DNA of 64,000 nt from assembly GCF_000150275.1 (NCBI RefSeq), contig NW_002060943.1, forward strand, positions 11,966,878 through 12,030,877, written 5' to 3'. A program made the position numbers and the translations under genes. Within the stretch, counting starts at the first letter, position 1. The number at the start of each line of letters is the position of its first letter. Positions 1 through 13,046 of the stretch are shown here, one piece after another. A model generated the notes under the pieces. That model saw only the letters and a program-made list of their open reading frames with translations, did no database searches and had not been told where the DNA came from. This DNA is from Trichoplax adhaerens. Lineage: Eukaryota > Animalia > Placozoa.

Positions 1-3000
1 TCCTGCCTGTGGTTACAAAGCATACAAAATTATTCTAAAGCAATTTATAAAATTTATTTTTATGACCTTCTGTGATTCACGTCAGTATAAGCTGGCAAAA
101 ACCGTTTTACAATTAATCCAAATATTACTTTTGATAGATATTTTGGACATAAAGCCATAAAACTTAATTTTATATTTCTATCCTATCTTATTTGGTGACA
201 CTTTGTGACAGATTGAAATATCGGTATGCTGGAATTGATTGCTATTATTGAAAGTGATGGAAATAAGCATAAGACTTAGAAACTCCATTGGGATAAAAAT
301 CACTTTATTCTGGCTTGACCGAAATCCATGTTCTTGTTACATGCAACAAGTTGCTTATTAATTACAATTAATTAATACCGTACCTATAACTTACATCGAG
401 ATGCAATATAACATTTAAGCGAATAATAAGGTGCAGAAATCTTAGATAGTATAGTTGTAGTCTTTATACGAATGTTAGAAACATTGGCACGATTTCGAGA
501 GGATTGTTGCTCGTAATTTGACAAAAATTCTACGTGAATTCAAATTTAAACCCCTTGCTTGTTAGTTTCATATTTTGCGTTACGTAAATTCCATACAAAT
601 GCCTAAAAATATTGTTATTACCGTATTTATCATTTTACATTTATTCAGAATAAGCTGCTGGATTGTAAAATTTTAACAAGTGGTCTATTCTTGATAATAC
701 TAAAATGTAGCAAGAAGACGAAAATATCTTAATTTCTGCTTTAGTATTATAATCAGGATTATAGTTTAGTTGGTTGGGTAAATACCCGTATACTAGACTA
801 CTATATACATTTCACTTTGTTTTAGGTAAAAGAAGGATAGTAGCATCACAGGATTCGTATTAGCCTTCAGCTTAAGTTAATTCGTAATTATATTATTTCT
901 AGGTTTAGATCCTAATTACTTATTCATCTGCAATAAATTCCATTAATTTAGTTGATTTAAACGTAAAAAGGAAAGATCTACAGTCTGAAGTAAAGCACGC
1001 TATTTATTGCCCTGATAAAGTGGTAAAATAACTGTTATAATGGAATCAAATGCAACGGTAGCCTATATATCGCTTCTTGATTGTTGATAGAATCATTACG
1101 TAAAGTGATTATTAGTTGATGATCAAGCATTATAAGATAATGTTAGAATACATATGCAATCAGCTGATTACAAATTGCAAATAAGGTTTCTTGACAATTC
1201 ACCAGTAAACACTATATTGATATATTACATTTCTTGTATAGATTAAAAGATTTAAAGTTGAAAACTATCAATACGAACAGATTTGTTTATAGTTGATACG
1301 GTTTATAAACAAATACTATTATTATACATTTATTTGGAATAGCTGAATGTAATAGATGTCGTTGGATCAATTTATTAAGGTTGCAATATATTAAATTAAA
1401 CTACGTATAAGAACTACTAGGATGGCCTGAAGTTTTCTTAAAACTAGAATGTGAGGCTTTAGTAGTACAAAAGAGGTATTTGACCGATGTAAAAAACTGG
1501 GTATGATTAAACATTATTTTATCTTGCTGATCAAATTATTCTGTCAATCAGTTTTCTAAGTAAGTCAAACCAATCAGATAAATTGAACTAGATATTTCAC
1601 TGTTACTAGTTATTATATAACAAATGTTTGCTCTTGTGTATAAAAAGCTTCAACCCTTTTACAATTGCTAGTGGTTAAAGTTGTGAGCATTATGATTTGA
1701 TAAAGGGATAATTGCTCCACCCATTTTTTGCTGTATACTATTTTACTTGTTCTATCGTTCATGAATTTTGAGATACTCTAGATACAGAATATGAACCTAT
1801 GTGTTTGAAGAGTTAATTTAAAGTATAGCCGTATCAATTTGCTACAGTAAATCATTAAATTGCTGATAGTCACTCTGCAGTATGTCTTCACATCACATCT
1901 CTGAAAACACTACAATATTACTATTATAGGTGGAGCATTCCTTCATCTCTTTCATTGATCAATCGAGATTAACAGATTTTAAGCCATTTTGATTATGAAA
2001 AGATTGAAAGATAAAATTAGTCAATCGTCGAAATAATGTTGAGCATCTTGATCAGTACTATAGCTTGGAATGTTATCATTTAACTGCTAAAGTTACGAAA
2101 ACGAAGTTTAGATTTAGACATTAATTACCAGGGTGATTTTGCCGCACGTACTGTAATATTCATAGTTCCGAGCATAATCCCTAACATTTAAATAACAATC
2201 TCATGCTTACAATAATGTTTGTTAATGAATAGAATATTTCTTAGTAACTAAAGCAAATAATAACAATATTAACATCATTCCCGCAAGCTATTGTCCTAGA
2301 ATGCCCGCTTCGCATTCCGTAGCTTGAAAAGCTTATTTGGAACAATTGTGAAATATTTACAAACATTATACAAATAATGCATTGTAAATTAGCGAGAGAC
2401 TGGTAGATGATTACCCGTAAACGTCACTTTTGCACGTAACATAATTTCTGAAGCTTGTGTCATAAATGAAGCCAGTAAGCTAATATATCCGGACGAACGG
2501 AAATAAAAGCAATTTCATCGCATTAACTTTTGATAAAGTATCTCGCTGGCGGTGCATGGTGATCATAATCTTATTAAAACATGCAACACCTGGTATGATT
2601 TAGTGTTTGAGAATATTCGTATAGTATTTTGGATTGAATAACGAAGCTAATAGGGTAAAGAACGCTAGAAAGACGGCAACTACGATGTGTTCTGTAACCG
2701 TTGCTGTATTACGTGTATGTGCAGTAGTTATTGTCGTACTGTAGTTGATATATGTACTTGATAGTGATATGAAATATATATATATGCATATCTACTATGT
2801 TACAATTAAGGCAGTACTCCGCACTAGTTTAATTGGGTGAGCTGAATATATTGAATTAGGTGCCAGGGTACCGCATGCATCGAAACATTTCTATCAATCT
2901 ACATAAGGTATACCATCAAATGCTTAAAATAAAATAAAAGCAGCATAACAGTATCGTTTATCCTATAGTTAAATAGCTCCATTCGCGCAAGAGCGACACA

Positions 3001-3750
3001 TCCAATGCAGAAATACTTGTAGAACTCTATTAAAAAATGTTGGTATGATCAAAACTAATATTTTTTATTAGCTGAGCTGATAGAAATTTGGTATTTAATA
3101 AATTTTGTACACTAGCATACGTAACTGATGTTAAACAAATAGTTATGCAACATATACTCGTATATGAAAATGGAGTAGACTATGAATATTTTCCATCCAA
3201 AATGTATTGGGAGAAAAGTTGCTTAAAAATACAGGAGATTAAACTAGTAATAAAGAGTTATCTACGAGCTGTAATATCGTCAATTATTATTGGCAATTTA
3301 TAGTTTGATTATAATTCTTTATATTAGATATCGAGTAATTTCTCTAGAACAGTATCGAGAAAGATGAAGCGTTAAGGGTCTCTAATTTTATCTTTCTCAT
3401 AATAACCGTTTAATATAAAGATTACGTCAACGATACGTATATAGTTCGAATCTAAGATTTTAGAATTATTTCCTGTACAGTCTCATTTACATTCATGTAA
3501 TAATCTAGACATTATCTGGATGCTTCGATACATTCAGAAAGAATTTGAAATTTTTACATTGTACTGTATTTTACAGATTAGCTTGACTCTACCAGCTAAT
3601 GATTATCAAGAATATATTACAAAACGTGAATATAGCATTAATAAAAGTTGTCGTAGAGCAACCCGTAAAACCAAGCATGTAGTCTACGATTCTCTAAATG
3701 GCCCTCAAATCATCTCATACAGATATCTTATCATTGTGGCAGGCGCTACT

Positions 3751-6700
3751 TTACGATTGAGATCCTGGCTCACAAAATTTACTCGATATTGTGCTGGTGG
3801 CGTATTGATCATATTCGTTATTTTCTCTTCCATGACTACTTGGTACATCAGTAAAATAGCTTTGGTATCTATTTTAAGTAAAAATCGTATTGAGTGAATT
3901 TATATTTTAGTAAACTACATACGTACGTAATATCTGCCACTATAAGAGCGAAATACACTTACCTCGCATACTGAACGGACGGGTTAATAGGGTAATCATC
4001 GTCATCCAGAAAAGCTTGCTGGTCATAATTAAATGTGTTGTAATGATTTTCATACGCAGAATTGATAACGAGGTTCTATTAGAGTACAAGGGGTGTGCAT
4101 TAGTATAAGTTCATAATTAATGTGTGTATATGTTTGTTAATGGCTATACCATTTTAGGCTAATAGTAATAATCCCGTGAATTTTAGAAGGCAATTAACTA
4201 ATGTCATCATCACGTATCCAAATACGAAATTGCAAGTATTTTTTGCTGCTCAAATCGATTTTAATGTAACGCCTTAGGGGCAACTTCTAAAACATCGTTT
4301 CGTAACAAACCTTATTGTAAGGCTTTTTAACTCTAAATAGCCAGACCACAATAAACGTAGGAAGAACTTCCCAAGCCAATAAAACGCAAACGAATGAGAT
4401 ATATCCGTAACCATGTGCAGCATAGAGATCAGCCTATACGGTGTTAATAAATCAATTAGTGGCTGAGATTTAGTAGTCATAGTTGCGATCTTAAGCTATG
4501 CGTATTATAATAAATAGATGATAGCGATGAACGGCGAATTAAGAATTAAGAATTGAACGTACAATTGAACGTAGAAGTACAAAACTCTATTTGCTTACTT
4601 GATCGGTTACGTTAATCCAGCCATATCCAAAAGTAGGTACTTTAGTAGGACTAATGGCTATGATGTTATAGATGGCTCGGGATACATATAAAGCAACAAT
4701 GATACCGCTGCAAATCACAGCTTGCAACATGGACATTTCCTATAAATTGGAGTAAACGAACTCTATCAATTTCATACTCCATATATTAAAGCTTAATGTA
4801 TAAACTCTTAATCTTATTGGGTAGACTAACTACGTGGAGTCGATTTAATGATTGACATTACTAGGAAACTGTCTTACAGATCTTGACGAATACAGGTTAC
4901 TGTAGGGATAATAACTATTTAAGGGTAGTTTATGAGGCGAAGAAATTCAGTGATCGCTACATACCTGGTTCTCATCAACTTGCAACTTGGAAGAAATGCC
5001 AGCTCTTTTCATCTATAAAGGGGAAAACGTTCCATTTACATATAAGTAGATGGCGATGATCAATTGAGTATTCTTGTTATATTTAATTATCGATTCAATT
5101 TACCTGAATTAAAAAGTAACAGAGAATAATAGCCATGACCACAAAGAGTAATCCATCGATCATCACTCGTACCAGTAGTAACAAGTGAGGAGGTGATCTT
5201 CCAGTAGCGGTAACTTTTCTAATTAATATTGCACAGATAATGTTGACGCTGACGAAAGCGCTGGTCATAATCATGAATGAGACAACCAAGGTTCGATGCC
5301 TATAATGAAATTCATACCAAATCATGATAAGGCAAATTAATAAGATTTAGTCTTCACGTCAATATAGACTACAGTAGATAACAAGTATTAATATACTTGT
5401 TTTAGTACAGACAGGGTAAAGTGTTGACAATAATTGATATATGATGATTTATGAAATAAACAATAGAACAGATTCAAGTCACTAATTTATGAAATCCCAG
5501 TAATCTATTTATTAATAGCCATCGTTGGCAAGTAGCTGATAAAAAAATATATAGGATACGCAATTAAAATAAACATGGCATAAGTTATCATGTACGAGAT
5601 TGTTACCGCATGAAGTAAAGTTGATTGCCTTTCTCGATCAGTTGATAATAAACATGCCGACAATATTTTTACATTGTTTGAATTAACGCAATTTGATATG
5701 TACTGTAGATGGAAATTAATTACCAATCACCATCTAATCTGCTACAATTAACAAACTATTTGATTAATCTATTTTCAGTAAAAGCTGTCCGCATTTAACA
5801 ACATATAATTTAATATTATATAATTGATGGTAGCAACGATCGGACTGTTTAAAGGAGAGCTATGGGAATGATACAGTTCGACTTTAGACAGCTCTCCTAT
5901 CTAGTGTCACTCGTGCTGGCATAAATAGTCAATAGTAAGTTGATATTACTATATACAGTACTATGAGTAGTATAGTATTGCCGCACCATACACCAGTCAA
6001 TAATATTGACTGTGAATTAAAGCGATAAAATGGAAATTCTCACCAGTAAATAAGGAGAAAACGGGTGAATAAATACTCAAAAATAGTCTATAATCTACAA
6101 ATTGCGAAGTGAACTATCGTTATCAAGTCAAGTGTTTCGACTATCAACAAATCAAAACAGGCCTATCATGATACGAACGAATTACTACTGTATAATGAGA
6201 AGTGTTTACTCGAGGTGCAATATGTAATCGGGTATGGATGAAGTTTTATTTATTAATAATCTACGCATGATCTCATGATACGGGAATTGGATTCTAGCCC
6301 GATCAAGAAGTTTTGCACTGCCAGCGGTCACAAAGTGGTCAACTGATCCTTTACTCTACTTTCTATTACTATTGTTTACGAAAAAGAAACAAGTTGACTT
6401 TTTGACGGGTTCTTACCGATGATTTGGAGATATTCTCATGGAATTGATGACATTGCGGCGACCTTTTATGTAAGCCTAAAGTTCCAATTCAAAAAAGAAA
6501 AGAAAAAAGGCAATTAAAGATGCTAGACGAATTACCAATCAAGAGCAAAACAAATCACTGCTGTGTCATTGGGGACTGGCCAGAAAAAAAAGGCCGCTGA
6601 GTGATACATAAACTACCGAAAACATCGAGCCCAACAATAGGAGTTAACTCAGTCGAAACGGTCGATTCCTTCGTCTACATACTGTACTGTACTGTGCACT

Positions 6701-7115
6701 TGCACTGGTTGAATCTAGTCGCGTAGCTTACCTTGCCGAAGTAGAAAGCCAATAAAGTCAAGGTTATAAATTGCAAACAGACTGGTAAGCAATAGAGCAA
6801 CCAGTAAAAAAATGTGGGGAGCGTATTGGCCAATTGGCAATTACGAAAATAAAAGGAGAATAAGGTGATCCGTAAGCTGGCCCATATCAGACATAAGAAG
6901 AGGAAAACTGATTGAAATGATAAACGTTTATGGCCATAGCGTAAGATGAAAAATAACTGAATATAAATCAGGATGAAGAGCAAGGAGAAAATAACCGTAA
7001 AACCAACGGTTAAACCAAGATGGACCGTTGCTGGTATCGCCGGTAATTCTGTAGCGACATGCGGTAGGGTAGTATGCTCAGGCGGAGAATCAGTAGAAGG
7101 AGAAAGCAATGCCAT
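3751..7115 (-). CDS. GPR137: GPR137/TM7SF1-family lysosomal 7-TM integral membrane protein, 8 coding exons
   Basis: Exons (minus strand): 7115-6732, 6475-6417, 5299-5104, 5012-4965, 4739-4599, ~4433-4311, ~4075-3963, ~3840-3751, all GT-AG and phase-consistent. Family motifs: [84 protein letters not shown]. Stop TAA at 3753-3751. Confidence 0.9.
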
Positions 7116-8584
7116 GATGGAAAAGCAGTTGATTTTCTTTCTTTACATCAACATTGCCGATGGTGGCAATTGGTAATTCTAACTGAAGGGGAAGGCCAGT
7201 CGACTTGAACAGTTCTACAGTACGTCCAGTCCAGTTCAGTACAGTATTGTACTTTGTACTGTACCGTACAGTACGTACACCTGTTTACTGTACTGTAATT
7301 ATACAGTACAGTACAGTACTGTACAGTACAGTACACCTGTTTACTGTACTGTAATTATACAGTACAGTACAGTACAGTAGTTTTTTTACTCGATGCTTTG
7401 TACTGTACTACACTGTATGTACTGTAAAGTAGAAAACCGCGACGCTTGGCCAGTTTTCACGTGCGGCACCATTCGATTCGTAGAGATATCACATTGGATT
7501 ATTCTCTTCGATCTGGCCTACTAACTGAAGGCACTGTTCCTTTTGAGTTTTTCTGCTCAGGTAGAAATGCAGAAGGGTAGACCTAGCTTATTGGTGCGAT
7601 GGGCTAGTCATATTTCGTCATAAGACTCCTACCGATGTGTAGTCATAGGCTCATAGCCCATAGTTACCTGTGCCTGAGTCTGCGCTTAATTAATTTTAAT
7701 TTTAGTCGCTGAGTAATATCCTAGACAGTACTGTACAGTGTACAGTACAGTAGTGTACAGTACTGTACACTGTACATTACAATACAGTACTGTACTGTAT
7801 GTTTATTTTCCTTTCCAACTTTTGGATGGCAAAGTACATAGTAATTATGACTATGTACTTCGACTGTTCTAGAGACATCATGGTATAAAGTCTAGTTCTT
7901 TTACCATACTGTAGTTTCAGTAATATTTTTTCCCTTTTTCTGAGTCTGAAAAGAAAATCAACACATCGTCGATTGAGTATAGTATAGTACCAAGACCGTA
8001 AACATGAACCCGACTGACATCCACCCTCTTTGGCATCATTGGTATGTAAACAAATTCTTCAGCGGTCAACAGTGGATACCGTCTGTACGTCCACCTTGTC
8101 TGTACCCATGCCGTCAATCCGAGTCACACCATTCAGAGATCAAGTTTGCGTGTTGTACAGTGTACAGTGCATCACACTACAGTACAGTACTGTACTGTAC
8201 AGTATTGATTTTTTACAGTGCATTTCAGTACTGTACTGTATTGTTGTTTCTGTATGAATATTTTTGGTTATTGTCTTGTTCCTATTGTGTGCTTCAGCAT
8301 GCGTCCAATCACAAGCGGTTGCGTGTCAGTGTACAGTACAGTACTCTAAATGACTGGACTGTACGTACGTGATGTAACAATTTAAAATAGTACAAAAGTC
8401 GATTGAGAGGGGCAGAAGAGAATCGACCCTTTGATTTCTACCTCAAGGATTGGAGAACTTTCCGCGTACACTTGGATTCTCGGACAAGTTATCCCTGTCT
8501 AAGGTGGATGCAATCATTTCTTTGCATTGCCAGACTTGTGTACATTCTTGCTGCTTTCTTCGGTAGCTCGTCTGCTCATGAAAA
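7116..8584. promoter_or_regulatory. Divergent (head-to-head) promoter region of GPR137 and ERO1
   Basis: Start codons at 7115 (-) and 8585 (+) face away from each other, 1.47 kb apart. Transcription start sites were not determined. Confidence 0.6.
7215..8370. repeat. Clusters of (ACAGT/ACTGT)n pentamer repeats with inverted arrangement in the GPR137-ERO1 divergent intergenic region
   Basis: Dense tracts at ~7215-7430, 7725-7800, 8150-8240 and 8330-8370. A ~40-bp direct repeat CACCTGTTTACTGTACTGTAATTATACAGTACAGTACAGTA occurs at ~7278 and ~7333. Confidence 0.85.
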
Positions 8585-11500
8585 ATGCTCTACTGCAAGG
8601 TAGCGGTGATATTATTGTGGTCGATCACGAGCTGTTGGTGCTTATGCAAGGTACGTTGGGTTGATGTTCGTTGATGAATGATATTGATTGCCATGCAACA
8701 GATTGATTTAAGTCATGGCAACGATTGATCGTATACAGCAATGGATAAAGTGGACTACAGTAGTGAATCACTACTATAAGAAACGATAAATTTCTGTTGA
8801 CAACAACGATTACCAATCCAGACGTCAATTATTTATTTACGTACTGTGCAAGTTGTTGACATGATTTCGATTTGCTACTCGATGATCAATATATTTTCAT
8901 GATCAATATATTTTGATGATGATAGCTAGTCATACGCATTCGACGTTGTGATTCCACAAGACACAGTAGAAGCAGGATATAGATGTTTCTTGGATTAGTC
9001 TACAATAGAGAGATGAAACTGTGTTGATAGATGGAATGCAATCGATGCTTTTATTGCTTTTTGACTACTTTGTCTTGAAATTAATCTTTGCCTTATTTAC
9101 AGTTGGAAGGCCAAGTGGAAGATTGTCATTGTCAAGTAGAAACGGTCGATAAAGTCAATAATCTCAAAATCTTTCCGTTACTTCAAACTTTGGTGCAGTA
9201 TAATTACTTTAAGTTTTATCCGGTAAGTGACAACAATAACCATGTTCTTAAATTAATATTGTAACACAATTAGTGTTACAATATACAGAATGGGCTGTAC
9301 ACTGGGTGCACAATTAGTTTACTTGTTGATGTCATGCATGATGCAATGCTAACCAAAACATTCTTCTGCTGGTATTCTTTCTTTACTGATCATCATCATG
9401 ACTTAATTGATTGCAGTGGTAATGATATTAATAGGACAGTCTACTAAATTGACGGTATCTACGCCCTTTCATAAATACAGTTATTTGATACAGTTGTCGT
9501 CAATGGCCTAAATCCAGAAATGATATTCTAATAATGGCCATACGCGTATTTATCGTAATTGTACAGTCATCACTACTATATTTCCAACTGGGCGTAGACG
9601 CACAACCATTTCCATATTTTTAGCTATCATCATTGAACTAACTTGATACACGACTTGCAGATACGATAAAACTTTACCAAAGCTATTGTCAAACTGATTC
9701 TGTCATGTTGATAGGTCAATTTAATAAAACCTTGCCCATTCTGGCATGATGATAATCGATGTGTACTACGCCATTGCTCCGTCAATGAATGCAAGGAAAC
9801 TGAATTACCAGCAGGACTTCGAGGCAAGCCACGCTTACTCAATAAAAGTAAAAGGTAATTGAATGCTCGTAACATGGATAAATTGTTCAATCATGCTACG
9901 TTTGAGTTCACAGGGAATTTCATAAACTATCATCGCAATAAGCAATAGAAAAGATTGCATTGAGGTTTTTATTTATTTTCATGACCAACAAATTCGATCG
10001 ATATGAAAATAAATTGTAATTATTTTGCTTTTAGTGCAGAAGGAAGCTCTAACGATATCGACAATGATGTCGATTGTAAAAAATATGCTGCTGAAAATGA
10101 TGTTTTAGGCAAAATCGACTCCACTTTAACCGATCAAGACAAACGTGCATTTGTAGGATGGAAACAACATGATGACTCAGGGGATAATTTCTGCGATATC
10201 GACGATGAAAATGCATCCGACGTAAAGTATGTCAATCTACTACTGAATCCTGAACGATTCACAGGATATGGTGGCAAATCGGCTCATCGAATTTGGAAAA
10301 CTATTTACAACGAAAACTGCTTTACGTAAGAATCATTCAGGAAAATTGTTATAACGTAAAAATGCAGTTGCCATTCTTTTCCTGTTATTTCATTTTCTTC
10401 AAGATCCCTTAAATTAGCACGTTTACTTCATGTTATACTATAGTCCTGCAAAGTCTTACAAAGACATTGCTATATCAGGATTTACGCAAGGTAAAATAAT
10501 TTGGATCATTTACTTTAACGTTATTATCATCAACAAATCGCACTACTGTATTTTGAAGATTACATGGCAAGGCGTGATAATGATAATAATAATTTTGTGC
10601 TTTACAAGGACTCTGTCTTGAAAAGAGAGCTTTCTTTCGATTAATTTCTGGTATGCATGCCAGCGTAAATATCCATTTATCAGCTAAATATCTTTTACCA
10701 GGTAAACTAATGCTCGCACTGGGTTAATAATCCAGTTACTAACATTTGTTAAACTTACCGTCTTTATTTACATGTTATATTCGTATGTATGAGCATGAAC
10801 TAATAAAATAGTCTTTATAATAGTCCATGATATGAGTAACGGCAATTTCTTACATTGGCGCCGACATAAACAAGACAATGATAACTTTAGCCAATATTTA
10901 CTGCCATTACAGACACAAAAGCTACTTTTATGAGAGGTAAAAGTTCTTTTCGTTGGGGACCTAATGTACATGAATTTCAAAATCGTTTCTCTTCTGAAAA
11001 TACCAATGGAGAAGGTTATTTGTAGAAATAAATTATGTCATCAATCAGCTAGTGGAAGTAGCCAATGTTAAATATATCTTACTATTGATATCGTTTAATA
11101 GGTCCATTGAAATTAAAGAATCTCTATTTTGCCTACCTGGTGCTATTAAGAGCTGTTACGAAAGCTGCGCCATATTGGGAAAAAATGGATTTTTACACTG
11201 GCAACACCACCGAAGATGAAAGTGTTAAAAGAATAATACTAGATATTGTATCCATAGCAAAGTAATTTCTTACATCATTTAACTGCTTGAAAGAAGTTAA
11301 ACAACATTACCATTATTTTAAGAAATTCTAATACCAATCATTTAAATCTATAGATCAAACTGTAATGGATCTTTTGATGAAACTGAGCTATTTGCTGGAG
11401 AGCCAGAAAAAGCTCTTGCGTTAAAGGTGGTATAATCTATTTTGTACGGTATATCTACATTATAGCTAACCACCTTTGCGTCTGATCTTATTATAGAAAG

Positions 11501-11985
11501 AATTTCGCGATCACTTTCGGAATATCTCCAAGATAATGGATTGCGTTGGATGTAATAAATGTCGCTTGTGGGGAAAGATACAGGTTTGCCATGTCGCATT
11601 TGTTTCATTGTATTTCACTATTGGTATCTTCTTCGCAATAGAGTGACACTACCTGGATAACTAACTAATTCGTTCTTGTATTCAGGTCCGTGGTATCGGT
11701 ACGGCATTAAAGATCCTCTTTTCAGTGAAAAATGAAGCTTTAAATAACGCAGATAAATTTCATTTGAAGCGTCCTGAAATTATATCATTAATTAATACAT
11801 TAGCAAGGTACTACCTGAGCAATTTTAAATTTATTGACTGTAGACATCGTTTGCAATGCAATCAATTATCAATAGGATACAGTAATGGTTGTAAGTAAAT
11901 CAATGCTTACATATCTGTGTTTAGATTCTCAGAAAGCATAAGAGAGATCCACAACTTTAAAGAACTCATGAAGGGCCGTAAATGA
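8585..11985 (+). CDS. ERO1: Endoplasmic reticulum oxidoreductin 1 (ERO1-like), 12 coding exons
   Basis: Exon 1 (8585-8650) [22 protein letters not shown] is signal-peptide-like and splices in phase 0 to [16 protein letters not shown]. Further motifs: [11 protein letters not shown]....[62 protein letters not shown] (active-site CxxCxxC), [10 protein letters not shown]. Stop TGA at 11983-11985. Confidence 0.95.
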
Positions 11986-13046
11986 AAACGAGATACGTGC
12001 GAATCCGTTTATCTAATATACATACGCGTATTTTTATTACGTGCTTCGTGCTTTTGTGAATAGCATATAGCCTGCGATATCAAGTGCCTAGGACCGTAAC
12101 ACATTGCAGTCACTTAAAAAATTTATTTTGCGCCTGAAGTTATTTGTTAATGGTCAATGTGCTCTTATCTGTATTTTTAAAATAGTGCTTGTTATATTGC
12201 TACTAAACTTAGTTATTACATAGTAACGATGAAAAAGTGAAAGCAATTGAAGATACTTTGGTAAATGCTGCTATAAGACAACTCATTAACAGTGATAGTG
12301 CTGGCATTTTTATTGATTAATTATATTTCGCTCCTACTGATAGTTTGAAGAGAAAATGTTTTTAAACACAATCAGACAAAAGCGCCTTACAATGCTAGTA
12401 AAATAGTTTATTAATATTTTCTTTGTAATTAATCCTTAATGAAATCGAATTGTAACGCTCTATTGATGGAGCTCTAGGCAAATAGTTGACATTACACATG
12501 TTCGCAATACATTATTATACATATAGACAGAATTCGAGCTATTGACCGTAATTAGTAGTAATAGCATATGGCATCTTCTTTCTTTTGGATAAGAACCATA
12601 CAGATATAGACAAAACAGAAAATATTTGCATATTCTATTCCTTAATATCTACACAAACAATAAGATTCCGGATGCTACACCGTTGTTTAATTACAATATC
12701 ATATTTCACTTATTGAGATACAAACTACTGTAGAAGCAACAGAGTAGTTATCATATTTTACAAAAGTATGATTGTATTTTGATGAATATATTTGATACAG
12801 TTAATATATATATATATATAATTATATCTGTATACAGTATACGAAAAATGTATCTATATACCAATTATATGCTACCTGTAAGTTGTCCAACGGATTAATA
12901 TAAAATTAGATACCCTTAATAAAAATTAAGCAGTCGTTAAAAGTAAAATCCATTACGTAGATTTTTTCTCGACGGATGCTTTTAAAATTTGTAGATAAAG
13001 TAATACACTGGTAAGGTAGTAATAAACAACATATATTTACGCTATA

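Noticed and set aside
1-3700. Short ORFs and a possible minus-strand 5' UTR/promoter near 2590-2790
   Set aside because: No recognisable coding exons. ORF 3520-3897 (+) is antisense to the GPR137 last exon.
3835-3845. NAGNAG tandem acceptor (AAG/TAG) at the GPR137 last exon
   Set aside because: A common feature that would change one Ser only.
7148-8372. ORFs rich in YCTV/STVQ
   Set aside because: Translation artefacts of the ACAGT/ACTGT pentamer repeats.
8881-8920. Short tandem duplications (here and at ~32186-32217) and (TA)n runs
   Set aside because: Ordinary slippage products in non-coding DNA.
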